Assembly: GCA_963790205.1 (NCBI GenBank)
Contig: CAWBNQ010000003.1
Coordinates: 512,001 to 576,000 of the forward strand
Reading direction: 5' to 3'
Source: Nitrospirota bacterium
GTDB lineage: Bacteria; Nitrospirota; UBA9217
Length of the DNA: 64,000 bases
The translations under genes were made by a program, and so were the position numbers. How positions within the stretch are numbered: position 1 is the stretch's first letter; each line of letters starts with the position of its first letter. The notes beneath the pieces were generated by a model that saw only the letters and a program-made list of their open reading frames with translations, was not told the DNA's origin and made no database searches. This document shows positions 1 through 9,685 of this stretch, piece by piece.

Positions 1-189
1 ATGAGCGCAGTGCATTGATGGAGGCTACATCATCGCCAAGGAGGTCAGTTAAGGGATTGTTTGTAAAATAACAGAACAAGTCATGATAGGATTGAGGCTG
101 ATCGAGTTCTACGGCTTGTGCTTGCAGGGCTATAAGGAAGACAGTATGAGTTTTTTGACCATACGTAATCAAAAAAGGAGGACAGTGCT

Positions 190-513
190 ATGAAGGTACA
201 GAACGTTTTAAAGATAGTTGCAGTTGTTGCAGTCCTTGCGCTCGTATCATGCGCGTCTGCGGGAAAGCAGTTCGACACCACACACGTCAACGATATCAAG
301 AAAGGATCCCAGGACAAAGACCAGATCCGCGCCTGGTTCGGCGAGCCGTACCGCATGCAGGCGATTTCGGGCAGCCCGCTCGGATGCGTAGAGCGGTGGA
401 CCTACACTCACGCATTCTCATCTTTTGGCGGAACTAAAACGAAAACCGAAACCCTAGTGGTGGACTTCAACAAGAGCGGGAAGGTGTGCGACAACGCATA
501 CTTGGAACAATGA
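190..513 (+). CDS. Small lipoprotein, BamE/SmpA-like
   Basis: 107 aa ORF, AAGGAGG RBS, signal peptide with lipobox LVSC, 'IKKG..DKDQIRAWFGEP...WTY' pattern typical of SmpA/OmlA-like domains. Confidence 0.7.
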   Translation: MKVQNVLKIVAVVAVLALVSCASAGKQFDTTHVNDIKKGSQDKDQIRAWFGEPYRMQAISGSPLGCVERWTYTHAFSSFGGTKTKTETLVVDFNKSGKVCDNAYLEQ

Positions 514-788
514 TATACGAAGTCACGTGACTTATTTCCTATGTTTTAGCTAGCTGCGCTTATGATGCCCTGGATTTATCGGTCGCCGGTGCTTGATTGT
601 ATGTGAGGGTTCGGAGGGTCAGAATTGGCAAGAGAATGAATAATTCCGTTTGAAGCTTTTAGTCAACGTTACTTACTGTATTCGTTATAGTTTAAATTCA
701 TTGCAACATTTAAAGTTTCTACCAGAAGCCTGTTTATTTATAGTCGACGAGAATTGCAGAAGATCCTAACGCGCCAAAGAGGTCGGCA

Positions 789-1766
789 ATGAAGTATTGG
801 TTTCTGAAGGTCTTGCTTGTTACGATGGTTGTGTTTCTTTTTACCGGATGCGCCATAAAGTTTTCGATTAAGGACCCGGTTGTATCCAATCTCAAGTACG
901 ACAAAGGCTCGAAAAAGTCAGTTGTCCTGCAGGTCATTGATCGGCGATCCAGCATGGTGTTCCATGAAAGACTCGGCGCCTTAAGCCATGGGAATATTGA
1001 ACTGGACAACATCACAGACCCCGTTGCTTGGCTCTCTCAAGCGCTGGAGAAGGAATTTTCGGCGCGCAATATCCCCGTACAGGTTGTCTATGGGAACACG
1101 AACAAGCCGGCGGATATCGTACTGACGGTAAAAAAATTTCAGGTCGTCAGCCGCAGAGCATTGGGCTCAGAGTATAATCCCTGGGAGACCTACCATTCCT
1201 TCAGAGGTGAAGTGACAACAGGTCGTAAGACCGCTGATATCCGCGCTTATTTCTTCAATGGGAAAGTGCCGTGGACCTGGAAGGAGGTCGAAGAGACGTG
1301 TTTCAATATGCCTCTGTCGCTACTCGTGAAGGAGATAGCATCGAAGATTAATACTATCGCCCTGCACTACTCTGCGGGCGATGAAATGATCAGAGACAGC
1401 AGTGCCCGGGCAGCTGAACAAGCAAAAAATAAAGACGACTATGCCTGCTTCACCCTTTTTGAGTTGGGCGGGTCGAATAACCCCGGCGCCTTGAAAGCCC
1501 TGTACACCTTTGCCGATAACGATGATCGCTTTATCCGGGCGTGTGCTCTGTCTGCGATAGGGACGCTGGGCGTGAAGAATCAATTCGAATTTCTGCAGAA
1601 AAAATATATACAATATGACGAGATTGATAAGTACATGGCCCTGAAGTCTATCGGCGATGCCGGCACGCCGCAGGCACTGGAATTTGTCAGGAAATCGATG
1701 GACGATGCCCTGTATACGAAGGAGATGGCATTTAAATATTGCGCTGATCTCTATCTTGAAAAATAG
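789..1766 (+). CDS. Lipoprotein with C-terminal HEAT-like repeats
   Basis: 325 aa, lipobox FTGC, C-terminal 'DDRFIRACALSAIGTLG' and 'KYMALKSIGDAGTPQA' HEAT/PBS-type repeats. Confidence 0.7.
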   Translation: MKYWFLKVLLVTMVVFLFTGCAIKFSIKDPVVSNLKYDKGSKKSVVLQVIDRRSSMVFHERLGALSHGNIELDNITDPVAWLSQALEKEFSARNIPVQVVYGNTNKPADIVLTVKKFQVVSRRALGSEYNPWETYHSFRGEVTTGRKTADIRAYFFNGKVPWTWKEVEETCFNMPLSLLVKEIASKINTIALHYSAGDEMIRDSSARAAEQAKNKDDYACFTLFELGGSNNPGALKALYTFADNDDRFIRACALSAIGTLGVKNQFEFLQKKYIQYDEIDKYMALKSIGDAGTPQALEFVRKSMDDALYTKEMAFKYCADLYLEK

Positions 1767-2147
1767 GAATGTGAGGAAATCACCAGTCGCGTCAGGTTGT
1801 TTTTCGTTTCGCAAGCCCGGATAGATCGTGACTTTACCCCCCAAAAACTGTACCACCCAGAGAGTTGGATTTATGGTAGCATAAAGTCGAAAGAAGAACA
1901 ACCATGGGCGGCAAAAAGGATTTACTTCCGATCAAATTGTGCTCGGCAAATACCTCAATGTTAGGTGCATGCTTCAACAAGAATTCCGCACCCATTATCA
2001 TCGACCACGACTGCAAGCTTGAGGTAAAAGTGATATTTCGAGCAGTGGATACAATGCTAATTAACTGGTTGAAATCTGCGCCAGACGATTGCTTTGATCT
2101 CAAGAAATTTCCTGGGTGGAAGATTTTCCGGAAGCACTGGTAGGTAA

Positions 2148-2209
2148 TGAATCGGAATGGCTGGCAGGTTTCAATCGGAATGCCCGGCAGATATCCTTTG
2201 GAATCTGCA
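2148..2209. mobile_element. Probable isolated IS21-family end remnant
   Basis: Direct repeats AATCGGAATGGCTGGCAG (2150-2167) and AATCGGAATGCCCGGCAG (2173-2190) 23 bp apart, ending GGAATCTGCA. This multi-repeat end terminating in CA is typical of IS21; no transposase nearby. Confidence 0.5.
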
Positions 2210-2380
2210 TACCCTAAAGGTTTTCATACGTGGGGAAACTTATCAATTCACAACGCATTGATTTAACTAACTGACGAGTAAATTCTTACGGTTTTCTCCC
2301 CCTATAAGTCTTATCTGCACCCCTGTTATTTCGGCCGTTCCCTGGGCTTCCCGCAGCCTTGTTCGCGCCTCCCGGTCCGG

Positions 2381-2827
2381 TCAGTCGTTCATGGAGGGGA
2401 TGAACTCGATGTCGGAAATAATGCCGGACACTTCTTCAAGATAGGGATGGTCGTGCTCGGGGTCGCTGACATAGGCGGCCATAAGCGCCCGGGTCTTGTC
2501 CACGAGAAACCAGATCCTCCAGTGCATCGGTTCTTCCTTGTGCTGATAGCTGTAGTCCAGGGTGGCTATCCCCAGACCTCCCTGCTCTTCCACTTTAACG
2601 GCTTCGCGCGGAAAAGGAATATCGCGTTCCTCCAGGGTGTCTTCGAGGAGTATCTTCGCGGCCGCAGCGGGCGCGGTCTTGGTTTCGTCCCGCTCGATGA
2701 ACGAGAGCTGCACCATGCCCGGCCACCCCTCTTTCTCCAGCAGGACAAATCCCATCTCCTCGCGCTCGTTCCAGCCGTCGGGCAGGAAAAGATTGATCCA
2801 GCGCTCGTAGGTCACTTTTTTACCCAT
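2381..2827 (-). CDS. Hypothetical protein (possible PsbP/DcrB-like fold)
   Basis: 148 aa ORF with normal composition and an N-terminal 'LFLPDGW' motif. Confidence 0.6.
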   Translation of the reverse strand: MGKKVTYERWINLFLPDGWNEREEMGFVLLEKEGWPGMVQLSFIERDETKTAPAAAAKILLEDTLEERDIPFPREAVKVEEQGGLGIATLDYSYQHKEEPMHWRIWFLVDKTRALMAAYVSDPEHDHPYLEEVSGIISDIEFIPSMND

Positions 2828-2894
2828 GCGGCGATTGTAACGGAGGAACGTACGGCAGTCAAATGAGTTTCATAAATAGGGGAAAAAGAACTGT

Positions 2895-3422
2895 TTATAT
2901 GTACAGCAGCTGGTTTAGCTTATCTAAAACCAGAACAACCCCTGTTTCGGGCGGCGCCTGCCCGTCGAGGGTCAGGTCAGGCTTCATCGGCGGCTCATAG
3001 ACCGCCTGGAGGCCGGGCACGGTTGTTGCTTTGTTAAGCGCCGCCCGTGCGTAAATGCCCTTGGGATCCCGCTTTGCGCAGACCTCGAGAGGGCACGTGA
3101 CATATACTTCGATGAATCTCTTGATGAGCCTCCGGGCCTGGTCGCGGTACTCCCGCTTGTTCGCCGTAGCGTCAAAGATCACGTTGGTCCCGCTGCGGGT
3201 GATCAGTTCGCCGATCAAGGCCAGTGCGCGGTAAAAACGGTCGCGTTCTTCTTCGCTGTACGCCGGCTCGGGCGTGAGGATCTTTCTCATGGCGTCCGAT
3301 TCGAGCACCACCGCGGTCACCCCGCGGGCCTGTAATTGTTTCACCAGTTCCCGGGTGAGGGAGCTCTTGCCCGAGGCCGGGAGGCCGGTCAGCCATACGG
3401 CAAAGCCCTGTTGTTCGCTCAT
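2895..3422 (-). CDS. Adenylyl-sulfate kinase family P-loop kinase (CysC-like)
   Basis: WLTGLPASGKS P-loop, 'FIEVYVTCPLEVCAKRDPKGIY', 'YEPP'. Start at MSEQQ overlaps the upstream stop (ATGA). Confidence 0.85.
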   Translation of the reverse strand: MSEQQGFAVWLTGLPASGKSSLTRELVKQLQARGVTAVVLESDAMRKILTPEPAYSEEERDRFYRALALIGELITRSGTNVIFDATANKREYRDQARRLIKRFIEVYVTCPLEVCAKRDPKGIYARAALNKATTVPGLQAVYEPPMKPDLTLDGQAPPETGVVLVLDKLNQLLYI

Positions 3423-4504
3423 GTGAGGTACCTGTTCATGTCCCCCGGATCGAACCGGTCTTCTCCGAGCACGTTCTCGATAAAATGAAAGATTGATCTG
3501 CGGATGGCGGTCGAAAGGTGCGGGTACCATGCCGGGCTCGCGATCACCAGACCCCGCAGGGCATAGAAAGGGGCAATGACCTCGAGCATCTCCCGGTCCC
3601 CGGTCTTCGCAAGATAATGGTCCCAGAACAGACGAAACATTTTTTCAAAATCGCCTTCGAGCCTGCCTGAACGCTGGAGCGAAAAGAACAGATAGTTGAT
3701 GGTCATGGTCGCCGTGTCGTCCGCGGGCTCGCCCCATTCGCCGCGTGAGCGGTCGAGCACGGTGAAGTCCGTGCTCTCGCGGAACAGGATGTTCCAGGGG
3801 TGGAAATCTCCATGGACCCGGCAAAGCCGGCGGCCGCGGTCTTTGATCCGCCAGCGCCATTCAACGCAGGCCGTTTCGATCCTTTTCAAAATCCGCCTGT
3901 CCATGAACTCGAATTTTTCCGGGTAATTATCGATAAGACCCATGATGCATTCGCCGTGGCCTACGAGGTCGCGGATGCGCCGGGTGTACAGCGCTGGCGC
4001 ATCGCGCTTCAACGCGTGGATCTCGATGAGGTAGTCCGAGAGCGCGGCAGCCCGCTCGAAATCCGCCTCCGCTGCCGTCGCTCCGTCCCTTATCCGTTCC
4101 AGGTCTTTGAAATATCCCGAGCCGTTCACGAATTCGCTCAGGAGGAAGAATTCCCGTGCCCTGCCCGTTGAGATGATCCTGCCGGAGTCGAGGAAGGCGC
4201 CGCTGTCGATGGAATGCACATGCCGCGGGAGGCTGTTGAACGCCGAGTGCTCCCAGAGAATGGCCTGGGCCCGGTCGGAGAAGTGGTCGTGTCCGTAGGA
4301 GGAAGGCGCCATGGTCTCGAGCACGGCCTTCCTCCGCTCGCTCCCCACCTCGTATTCAAGAAACAGGGGCGAACCGTACCCGAAGCCCTTCAGATTATCG
4401 CCCTCTTCCTGCGCTCCGCGTCCGGTCATGGAGAGCAGGCGCACCGGTTTCGCGTAGAGAGACTGGAGATATTCGGTGACGGCCTGAACGGTTATGTCTG
4501 GCAT
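3419..4504 (-). CDS. Aminoglycoside/choline phosphotransferase (APH) family protein
   Basis: HGDFHPWNIL Brenner motif and 'LDRSRGEWGEPADD'; start at MPDITV after GAGG. Confidence 0.85.
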   Translation of the reverse strand: MPDITVQAVTEYLQSLYAKPVRLLSMTGRGAQEEGDNLKGFGYGSPLFLEYEVGSERRKAVLETMAPSSYGHDHFSDRAQAILWEHSAFNSLPRHVHSIDSGAFLDSGRIISTGRAREFFLLSEFVNGSGYFKDLERIRDGATAAEADFERAAALSDYLIEIHALKRDAPALYTRRIRDLVGHGECIMGLIDNYPEKFEFMDRRILKRIETACVEWRWRIKDRGRRLCRVHGDFHPWNILFRESTDFTVLDRSRGEWGEPADDTATMTINYLFFSLQRSGRLEGDFEKMFRLFWDHYLAKTGDREMLEVIAPFYALRGLVIASPAWYPHLSTAIRRSIFHFIENVLGEDRFDPGDMNRYLT

Positions 4505-4627
4505 GGTTGCCTCGTGGCAGCGCGGCGCGCAATCGGTCAAGAAAACAATCCCTGCTTGCTATTTTATCATGGTTTGACGGGCGTTGAGAGGCCAAAGAGG
4601 AGATCAGGGGACAGGGAGAAGGGATAT

Positions 4628-4814
4628 TAACTACTCAGGCTGACCGCTTCGTTTCGGCGCAAGGTGCGCCAGTATGATTTTGCAGCGTATCGCCTGTGTA
4701 CTGATACCCGCAACGCTTTCGCTTCGCACGCGTTGTTTTGGCCGATCCGGCACAATGTTGTTTATTACGGGCGCACTTTTTGCGCCTGTGCTCAGCGGCC
4801 AGCCTGAGTAATTA
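4628..4814. mobile_element. MITE-like element with 21-bp terminal inverted repeats
   Basis: TAACTACTCAGGCTGACCGCT (4628-4648) vs reverse complement of 4794-4814, TAATTACTCAGGCTGGCCGCT (19/21); non-coding interior. Confidence 0.6.
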
Positions 4815-4851
4815 TGGTTATTGACTATTTGAGCTTAAGACAATCTAGAAT

Positions 4852-5854
4852 TTATGCATCCGCGCCCAGGCGCCGCAGGCGTGAAGCATTGATCGGGAGC
4901 GGTTCCCCGGGGTTGAAGACCTCATTGCCGTACTGGATGCAATACGTCTGGCCGGGGACCTGCTTGCTGTAGGTGATGATGAGCCGGCCGATGGTCTGTT
5001 TTATGTCCTGCGTAGGTTCGCCGTTCAGCAGGGCAACGGGGCCGGGGAAGCCGTGGGGGGTAAACAGGTGAAAGCCGCGGGGCGCCAGCGACATCAACAG
5101 GTTATTTTCCTTGTTGTCGCGGCCTACCACGATCTTGACTGCCCGCGTCGAGCCGGTAGTGGCGGCCGACGGTGAGCAGCCTGACGTCGTCGGGGGTCAC
5201 GGCCTGCTTGTCGTCAAAGAGATCGCGCAGCTTCTCCGAAAAGTTCTTGTCCGTAAGCAGGCAGCCGCCGGCAGGCGTGGAGTAGCCCCTGATCCCGTAG
5301 CGTTCGGCAAGCTGGAGCTGGACGGCCCTCGACCGGCCGCTGATGCCCAGGAGCTTGTCGCGCTGGATCAGGCCGTCCAGCTCGGCCCGGGTCGGCGGCA
5401 GGAGCGCAGCCGAAAGAGGGCGCAGGATCATGCCCTTCAGGTCCGCGTCGCGCTCGATGAGGTCCAGGGTGTCCCGGCGCTGGGACATGGGCCGCTGGCC
5501 CAGCACTTCTCCCGTTACGACGAAGGGCGCCTTTACTTCCCGCATCACCTCTTTGGACTTCCTGAGCATGAAGATCTTGCAGTCTATGCAGGGATTGATG
5601 TTCTTGCCGTAGCCATGTACCGGATTGCGGACAAGGTCGATGTACTCCTGGCCCATGTCCATCACCCGGAGGTCGATGCCGATGGCCTTGGAGACCCGCA
5701 CAGCGTGAGTGTCGTGCTCCTGGCCGTAGCTTTTGGAAAAGGGGGAGGTGAAATAGAGCCCCACAACTTTGAAGCCTTCCTCCAGGACCACCTTCGCGGC
5801 CAGCACGCTGTCAAGCCCGCCTGATATGAGGGCAACTGCTTTTCTAGGCGCCAA
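4852..5854 (-). pseudogene. ThiI/MnmA-like PP-loop tRNA thiouridylase family, frameshifted near 5140 (real or sequencing error)
   Basis: SGGLDS PP-loop, NPCIDC, TGEVLGQRPMSQ, PAGGCLLT. The C-terminus (VKIVVGRDNKENN) continues in another frame after one extra base. TTG start after GGAGG. Confidence 0.8.
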
Positions 5855-6008
5855 AATACTCCTCCGTTCCCGAATGAACGCCATATTATAAATCTCTCGA
5901 AGCGGTTTTAGCAATAGAGAAGAGAGTTTGATATACTTTTTATTAGAGGTCTCCGGATGCGTGTACTTCGTGTAAAATAGTTACAAGAGGAGCAGCGGAG
6001 GAGGAAAT

Positions 6009-6542
6009 ATGGCCAAATGGATCATTGATTCCGATCATTCCTGCGCGGCCTTTGCCATCAGGCACATGGCGCTTGCGCACGTGCGGGGCCAGTTCAGCAA
6101 GATGAAAGGCGCCATCCATTTCGACCCTGTCGACAGATTGAGGACGTCCGTCGATGTTGAGATAGAGGTGGCGAGTGTGAATACGGGGATCAAGCAGCGG
6201 GACGATCACCTTCTGAGTATGGATTTTTTCGATCAGGCGAACCATCCCACGATCACCTTTAAGAGCACGAAGGTTGAATTTCTTGAAGGAAGCCGCTGCA
6301 GGGTGAGCGGCAACCTGTCCATTCACGGCATAACGCGGCCGGTCACCTTCGAAGGGGAATATGCCGGGCCGCGGGGAAATCCTTATGGCGATGAAACGTC
6401 CGTGGGTTTTTCCGGCTCCATCACGGTGAACCGTGAGGATTTCGGCATGATGTGGGGGAGCGAACTCATGGAAGGCGGGGGGCTGGTGGCCGGGAAAGAG
6501 GTCCAGATCTTTCTCGACGTGGAAGCGGATCTGGCGGAATAA
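6009..6542 (+). CDS. YceI family protein
   Basis: 'WIIDSDHS..F.IRHM...VRGQF', 'SVNTGIKQRDDHLLSMDFFD', 'GNLSIHGITRPV'. Confidence 0.92.
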   Translation: MAKWIIDSDHSCAAFAIRHMALAHVRGQFSKMKGAIHFDPVDRLRTSVDVEIEVASVNTGIKQRDDHLLSMDFFDQANHPTITFKSTKVEFLEGSRCRVSGNLSIHGITRPVTFEGEYAGPRGNPYGDETSVGFSGSITVNREDFGMMWGSELMEGGGLVAGKEVQIFLDVEADLAE

Positions 6543-6564
6543 CGGAAAAAATACAAGCCTTGTC

Positions 6565-6671
6565 TCTCGCAAAGCTCGCAAAGGTCGCAAAGAAAAGCTT
6601 ATAAGCTTTGAATTAAACCAATGTCATCTTTTGTTTTTGTAGTTCTTTGCGATCTTTGCGCCTTCGTGAGA
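6565..6671. repeat. Palindromic intergenic repeat with 9-nt periodic arms (TCGCAAAG x3 ... CTTTGCG)
   Basis: TCTCGCAAAGCTCGCAAAGGTCGCAAAG ... CTTTGCGATCTTTGCGCCTTCGTGAGA. Confidence 0.75.
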
Positions 6672-6726
6672 AATCGCTTTGCACTGGTTCCAGTTTGCAG
6701 CGGCTTTTTTTTTGCGAGGAGAACCC

Positions 6727-7272
6727 ATGCGTCAAGCCAAAAAAGAGATCAAAGACCGGGAGGTCGTCATCGGCTTGCTGAAGACCTGTGAGGTCGGCAG
6801 GCTCGGGACCATCGGCAGGGACGGCTATCCCATGGTCAAACCGCTCAATTTCGCTTATAAAGACGGGAAGATATACTTTCATTCGGCGCTGGAAGGCGAA
6901 AAGATCGACGATATCAAGCGGGACTGTCGCGTTTGCTTTGAAGCGGACCTGCCGATCGCGCTCGTGAAAAGCACGGGGAACCCCTGCAGGGCGGAGTATC
7001 TTTACCGGAGCGTTATCATCAAAGGCAGGGCCTATCCGGTCGAGGACCCATCAGAAAGGCTGTACGGTCTTGAGTTACTCATGGGGAAGTATCAGCCCGA
7101 AGGAGGATACGGCGAGTTTCCCGAAGAGAAGCTGAAGCTAACGTGCGTGGTGAGGATCGATATCGAGGAAATGACCGGCAAAGAGGACCTCGGGAAGGAG
7201 CAGTTGAAAGAAGCCGCTCTTAAGGCGCTTGAGGGTAAGGCGGCGCTGCCGATAGTTCTTGCGCGAGAATGA
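6727..7272 (+). CDS. Pyridoxamine 5'-phosphate oxidase-like / NimA family flavin-binding protein
   Basis: 'VGRLGTIGRDGYPMVKPLNF', 'IYFHSALEGEKIDDI', 'YRSVIIKG'. Confidence 0.88.
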   Translation: MRQAKKEIKDREVVIGLLKTCEVGRLGTIGRDGYPMVKPLNFAYKDGKIYFHSALEGEKIDDIKRDCRVCFEADLPIALVKSTGNPCRAEYLYRSVIIKGRAYPVEDPSERLYGLELLMGKYQPEGGYGEFPEEKLKLTCVVRIDIEEMTGKEDLGKEQLKEAALKALEGKAALPIVLARE

Positions 7273-7359
7273 AAGCTGAAAGCGATCAGTCCGCATAGGG
7301 CCGCAGATTTAAAAACCAATAATTTCTGTCTGGCTTGATCTGTGAAATTTGCGTAATCT

Positions 7360-7628
7360 TCTATGTTAAAAAGCAAGTCTTTCTTTTGGCATAAACGCAT
7401 CTCTTTTATTAAGGAGCGATTTATAGCGAACGCAATCTTCAAACCCAATCTTCTATGAGCAGACAGTCTTCGTTGATGAAGAAAACGCTGCATTGCCTTG
7501 ATTAATTATGAAGGCGTGGGTTCGTAGTCTGTGGAAGCACAGACGGCATCTTTCGATCCGCTGTAGATTACGCAAGACGATACCCACGGTGAAACACGGG
7601 TTTAAGATCGGCTATAAATATCGGTTTT
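7360..7628 (-). ncRNA. Putative bridge/seekRNA region, IS110 copy 1
   Basis: Reverse complement of 55557-55825; target-matching guide at 7565-7574. Confidence 0.8.
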
Positions 7629-8699
7629 TTATTGAACAACCGCCGTAGTGTATTCTTGTTGGTTCTTTAAAACGTACCGGACGCGGTTTAACAGCTTCCG
7701 GGCGATCCGAACGATAGCTTTGGTCTTTGTCATGTGTTTGCACAGCTCATTGAACGCCATCATTAGGGCAGGGTCTTTTCGCACCGCCGTCCAAGCGCTT
7801 TCGATCAAGACGAAGCGAAGCTGGGCGTTCCGCCTGCCGGTCATGCCGGTTTTAAGGTCCTTTTCCCCGCTGGAATCGGTATCGGGGATAAGGCCAACGT
7901 AGCTGCAGAGTTTGTCGAGCGTCTTGAAACGATTGATGTCATACAGCTCCGTCAAGAGCATCATCGCGGTCAAGGTACTGATTCCCGGCACGGTCTTAAG
8001 TATCCGGACATTGTTCCGATAGTCGTCCGAATTGGCCAGGGCGCGGATCGCCCGGTTCATCTCGGCAATGATATGCCGAAGATGCTTAAGCTCGTCTAAG
8101 TGTATCTTGAGTGATAGGTTGCCGCTGGCCCGCTCCATTTGTACGGACTCGATCCAATTGATGAAGCGTTTGGACCAGTAACCGTTGATGAAATCGTCCG
8201 GTATGTCGATACCGTAAAAGCTCAGGATCGACTTGATCTGGTTCTTGCAGCGAGTTTGTTTCCTTACCATGCTATTTCGAGTACGAAGGAGGCTGCGGTC
8301 CTCGACTTTTGGTCGCGTAGGGACATAGATCCCTTCGATGTCGCCGTTTCTGAGGCTCCGGGCTAGCTTGCGGCAGTCCACCCGGTCGGTCTTGCCTGCG
8401 CGCTCTTTGTCTTTTGTGGGCACATCCGCCGGATTGACCACGAGACATTGTATGCCTCGCTCCTGAAGCCGGTCATGTATCCAGAAACCGGAGTAACCGG
8501 CCTCATAGACCGACTTATAGGCTGCACCCGGAAAATTGCGTTTGAGATAGTTTACCAGCACCCCGACCTCCGGAGGTTGTGAAAAGGTCTTATGCTCGAA
8601 CTGATCGGTAAAAATACTGATGCTCCAACTTTTCTTATGAATGTCCATACCGACATAAATTTGTTGACCAGTGAAATCGAGTCTGCTAACGTTATTCAT
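7629..8699 (-). CDS. IS110 family transposase/recombinase
   Basis: DEDD RuvC-like motifs (GMDIHK, YEAG, KTDRVD) and Transposase_20 domain (TVPGIS, YVGLIP...SSGE, RNAQLR). Confidence 0.96.
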   Translation of the reverse strand: MNNVSRLDFTGQQIYVGMDIHKKSWSISIFTDQFEHKTFSQPPEVGVLVNYLKRNFPGAAYKSVYEAGYSGFWIHDRLQERGIQCLVVNPADVPTKDKERAGKTDRVDCRKLARSLRNGDIEGIYVPTRPKVEDRSLLRTRNSMVRKQTRCKNQIKSILSFYGIDIPDDFINGYWSKRFINWIESVQMERASGNLSLKIHLDELKHLRHIIAEMNRAIRALANSDDYRNNVRILKTVPGISTLTAMMLLTELYDINRFKTLDKLCSYVGLIPDTDSSGEKDLKTGMTGRRNAQLRFVLIESAWTAVRKDPALMMAFNELCKHMTKTKAIVRIARKLLNRVRYVLKNQQEYTTAVVQ

Positions 8700-8821
8700 G
8701 GCAAGTCTCCTTTTGGTGTATTTTGGTCCGGGATAGACCTAATATACCTTAAGTCAGACTTGCCTTTTTAATCATAAGGTCTGTGGATAAAAAAGACCTG
8801 AGGAGTTGCAGTCGTATGTTT

Positions 8822-9484
8822 TTACGATGGAGCACCTGATCTCAATTTTCTCGACAGCATGTCCGCGCACCTGAGCGGCTCCGGTATCCGGTATTTGCCA
8901 GTGCAGTTAAGCATGATGCGGATCGTGCTGTCGAGGTCGATCTTATGGCCCGGCGATACGAACAGGGGCCTGACACTGTCCTTTGTCCGCACTACCGCGC
9001 CGACGGTCCTGCTCTCATACGTGAGCTCGGACCAGCTTCCTTTTCGTCTGCCCGGTTCCTCGAATTCTCCGACAAGCCTTGTTTTTGCGCAACCGATCGC
9101 GGGGATGTTGAGCAGAATCCCGAGATGCGAAGCGATCCCGATCCCCCTCGGGTGCGCAATGCCCTGCCCGTCGACGAGAATGACATCGGGCGTTGTCGTC
9201 AGTTGCTTGACTGCCGCGATGATGGCAGGGCCTTCCCGGAATGAGAGAAAACCGGGAATGTAGGGGAATCTCAGTTTTTCAATGGCGGTCGCCTGTTCCA
9301 GAGGCGTGAGCTCGGGATAACGGTAGAGGCAGGCAGCTGCATACACCTGGTTTTCCGAGAACGCAGCGTCCACTCCTCCCACGTATCGCGGTTCACCTCT
9401 GAGAGGAACGATCTGCACCCGCTTTCTCAGAATTTCCCGCAGCTCTCGCGCCTGTTCTATCGAGATCGTTTTCGGCCATTTCAT
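8822..9484 (-). CDS. nfi: Endonuclease V
   Basis: 'GGVDAAF', 'FPYIPGFLSFREGP', 'LVDGQGIAHPRGIGIASHLG', 'IGCAK', 'YRIPEPLR'. Confidence 0.96.
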   Translation of the reverse strand: MKWPKTISIEQARELREILRKRVQIVPLRGEPRYVGGVDAAFSENQVYAAACLYRYPELTPLEQATAIEKLRFPYIPGFLSFREGPAIIAAVKQLTTTPDVILVDGQGIAHPRGIGIASHLGILLNIPAIGCAKTRLVGEFEEPGRRKGSWSELTYESRTVGAVVRTKDSVRPLFVSPGHKIDLDSTIRIMLNCTGKYRIPEPLRCADMLSRKLRSGAPS

Positions 9485-9542
9485 GCAAATACCACCCGTG
9501 CGCTTCAGATATAATTATACTATGTTTGATTCCAAAGACGCG

Positions 9543-9646
9543 AAACCAATCTGTCCGCAGATGTCGCAGATGGCCGCAGATTTTAAAACCAATAATTCCG
9601 GACGTTTTTTCTGTGAAATCTGCGTAATATGTGGATAAAAAAGACT
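9543..9646. repeat. Unoccupied copy of the ~110-bp palindromic repeat targeted by the IS110
   Basis: AAACCAATCTGTCCGCAGATGTCGCAGATGGCCGCAGATTTTAAAACC...CTGTGAAATCTGCGTAATATGTGGATAAAAAAGAC; homologous to the flanks of all three IS copies. Confidence 0.9.
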
Positions 9647-9685
9647 TGAGTCGTGTTCATCCGTGGCTAAGAAAGGGGTGATTCC

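Larger units (their letters stand above)
7357..8782 (-). mobile_element. IS110-family (IS1111-type) element, copy 1
   Basis: 1426 bp between two TCT cores (7357-7359, 8780-8782); matches copies 2 and 3; sub-terminal imperfect inverted repeats; inserted in a palindromic repeat. Confidence 0.95.

Noticed and set aside
514..2140. Integron cassette array around the two lipoproteins; ORF 1904-2143
   Set aside because: I could not identify attC hairpins, and the short ORF has no RBS or motif support.
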